NCBI RefSeq assembly: GCF_004010195.1
Contig: NC_057718.1
Location: 85,495,625 to 85,559,624, forward strand
Direction of reading: 5' to 3'
Length of the DNA stretch: 64,000 nt
DNA from: Chiloscyllium plagiosum
Lineage: Eukaryota
Shown here: one piece after another, positions 63,764 through 64,000 of the stretch
Numbering within the stretch: position 1 is the first letter of the stretch
How the letters are laid out: each line of letters starts with the position of its first letter
Translations under genes and position numbers: made by a program
Notes under the pieces: model-generated
Seen by the model: the letters and a program-made list of their open reading frames with translations, nothing else
Database searches by the model: none
Told to the model about the DNA's origin: nothing

Positions 63764-64000
63764 AGGTAAACTGTGAGGTAGACTCGGCATCAACAGGGCA
63801 GTAAGCAATTCTGCTTACAGGAAAGGTGGTACATAAAAGTTGCCATTAATGTGATGGTAACTGGTAAACTGATATGGAAACTCATCCCCATCAGTGGAAC
63901 ATTTACAATAAACACCCCTCAATAGGATGTCAACAGGTTAACTGACAGGTAAATTCCCTAACCATTGGATAACAACAGATAAACTCACCAGTAAACTCCA
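63764..64000. repeat. Degenerate tandem repeat (aacaggtaaact..cccatcaat-like unit), also left of the Tx1 insertion
   Basis: Recurring aca(a/g)gtaaac and catcaat motifs at ~30-35 bp spacing here and at 59330-59640. Confidence 0.55.

Overview
Eukaryotic, repeat-dense vertebrate genomic DNA with six N gaps. The HE1/V-SINE-type SINEs, HER1/CR1-type LINEs and Penelope-derived ends suggest an elasmobranch (shark); this is inferred from repeat content. The only host gene I can support is mitochondrial acetyl-CoA synthetase ACSS1. Its first coding exon is on the minus strand (9854-10232), while its last two exons are on the plus strand (24944-25062, 32290-32469). An exactly 500-N gap at 13074-13573 lies between them and most likely marks a mis-oriented scaffold join. 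The rest is transposon-derived: many CR1 fragments, SINEs, a Gmr1-type Gypsy provirus with both LTRs, a Tx1/L1 LINE with a doubled 3' end, a Tigger-like MITE and a decayed Ty1/Copia pol. There are also several Penelope-derived fold-back elements whose inverted arms carry minimal hammerhead ribozyme motifs. I see no convincing wholly new biological system. The best leads are the hammerhead-bearing fold-back elements, the Copia relic, the ACSS1 orientation conflict and two locally templated insertions. All family assignments come from recalled motifs, not database searches.
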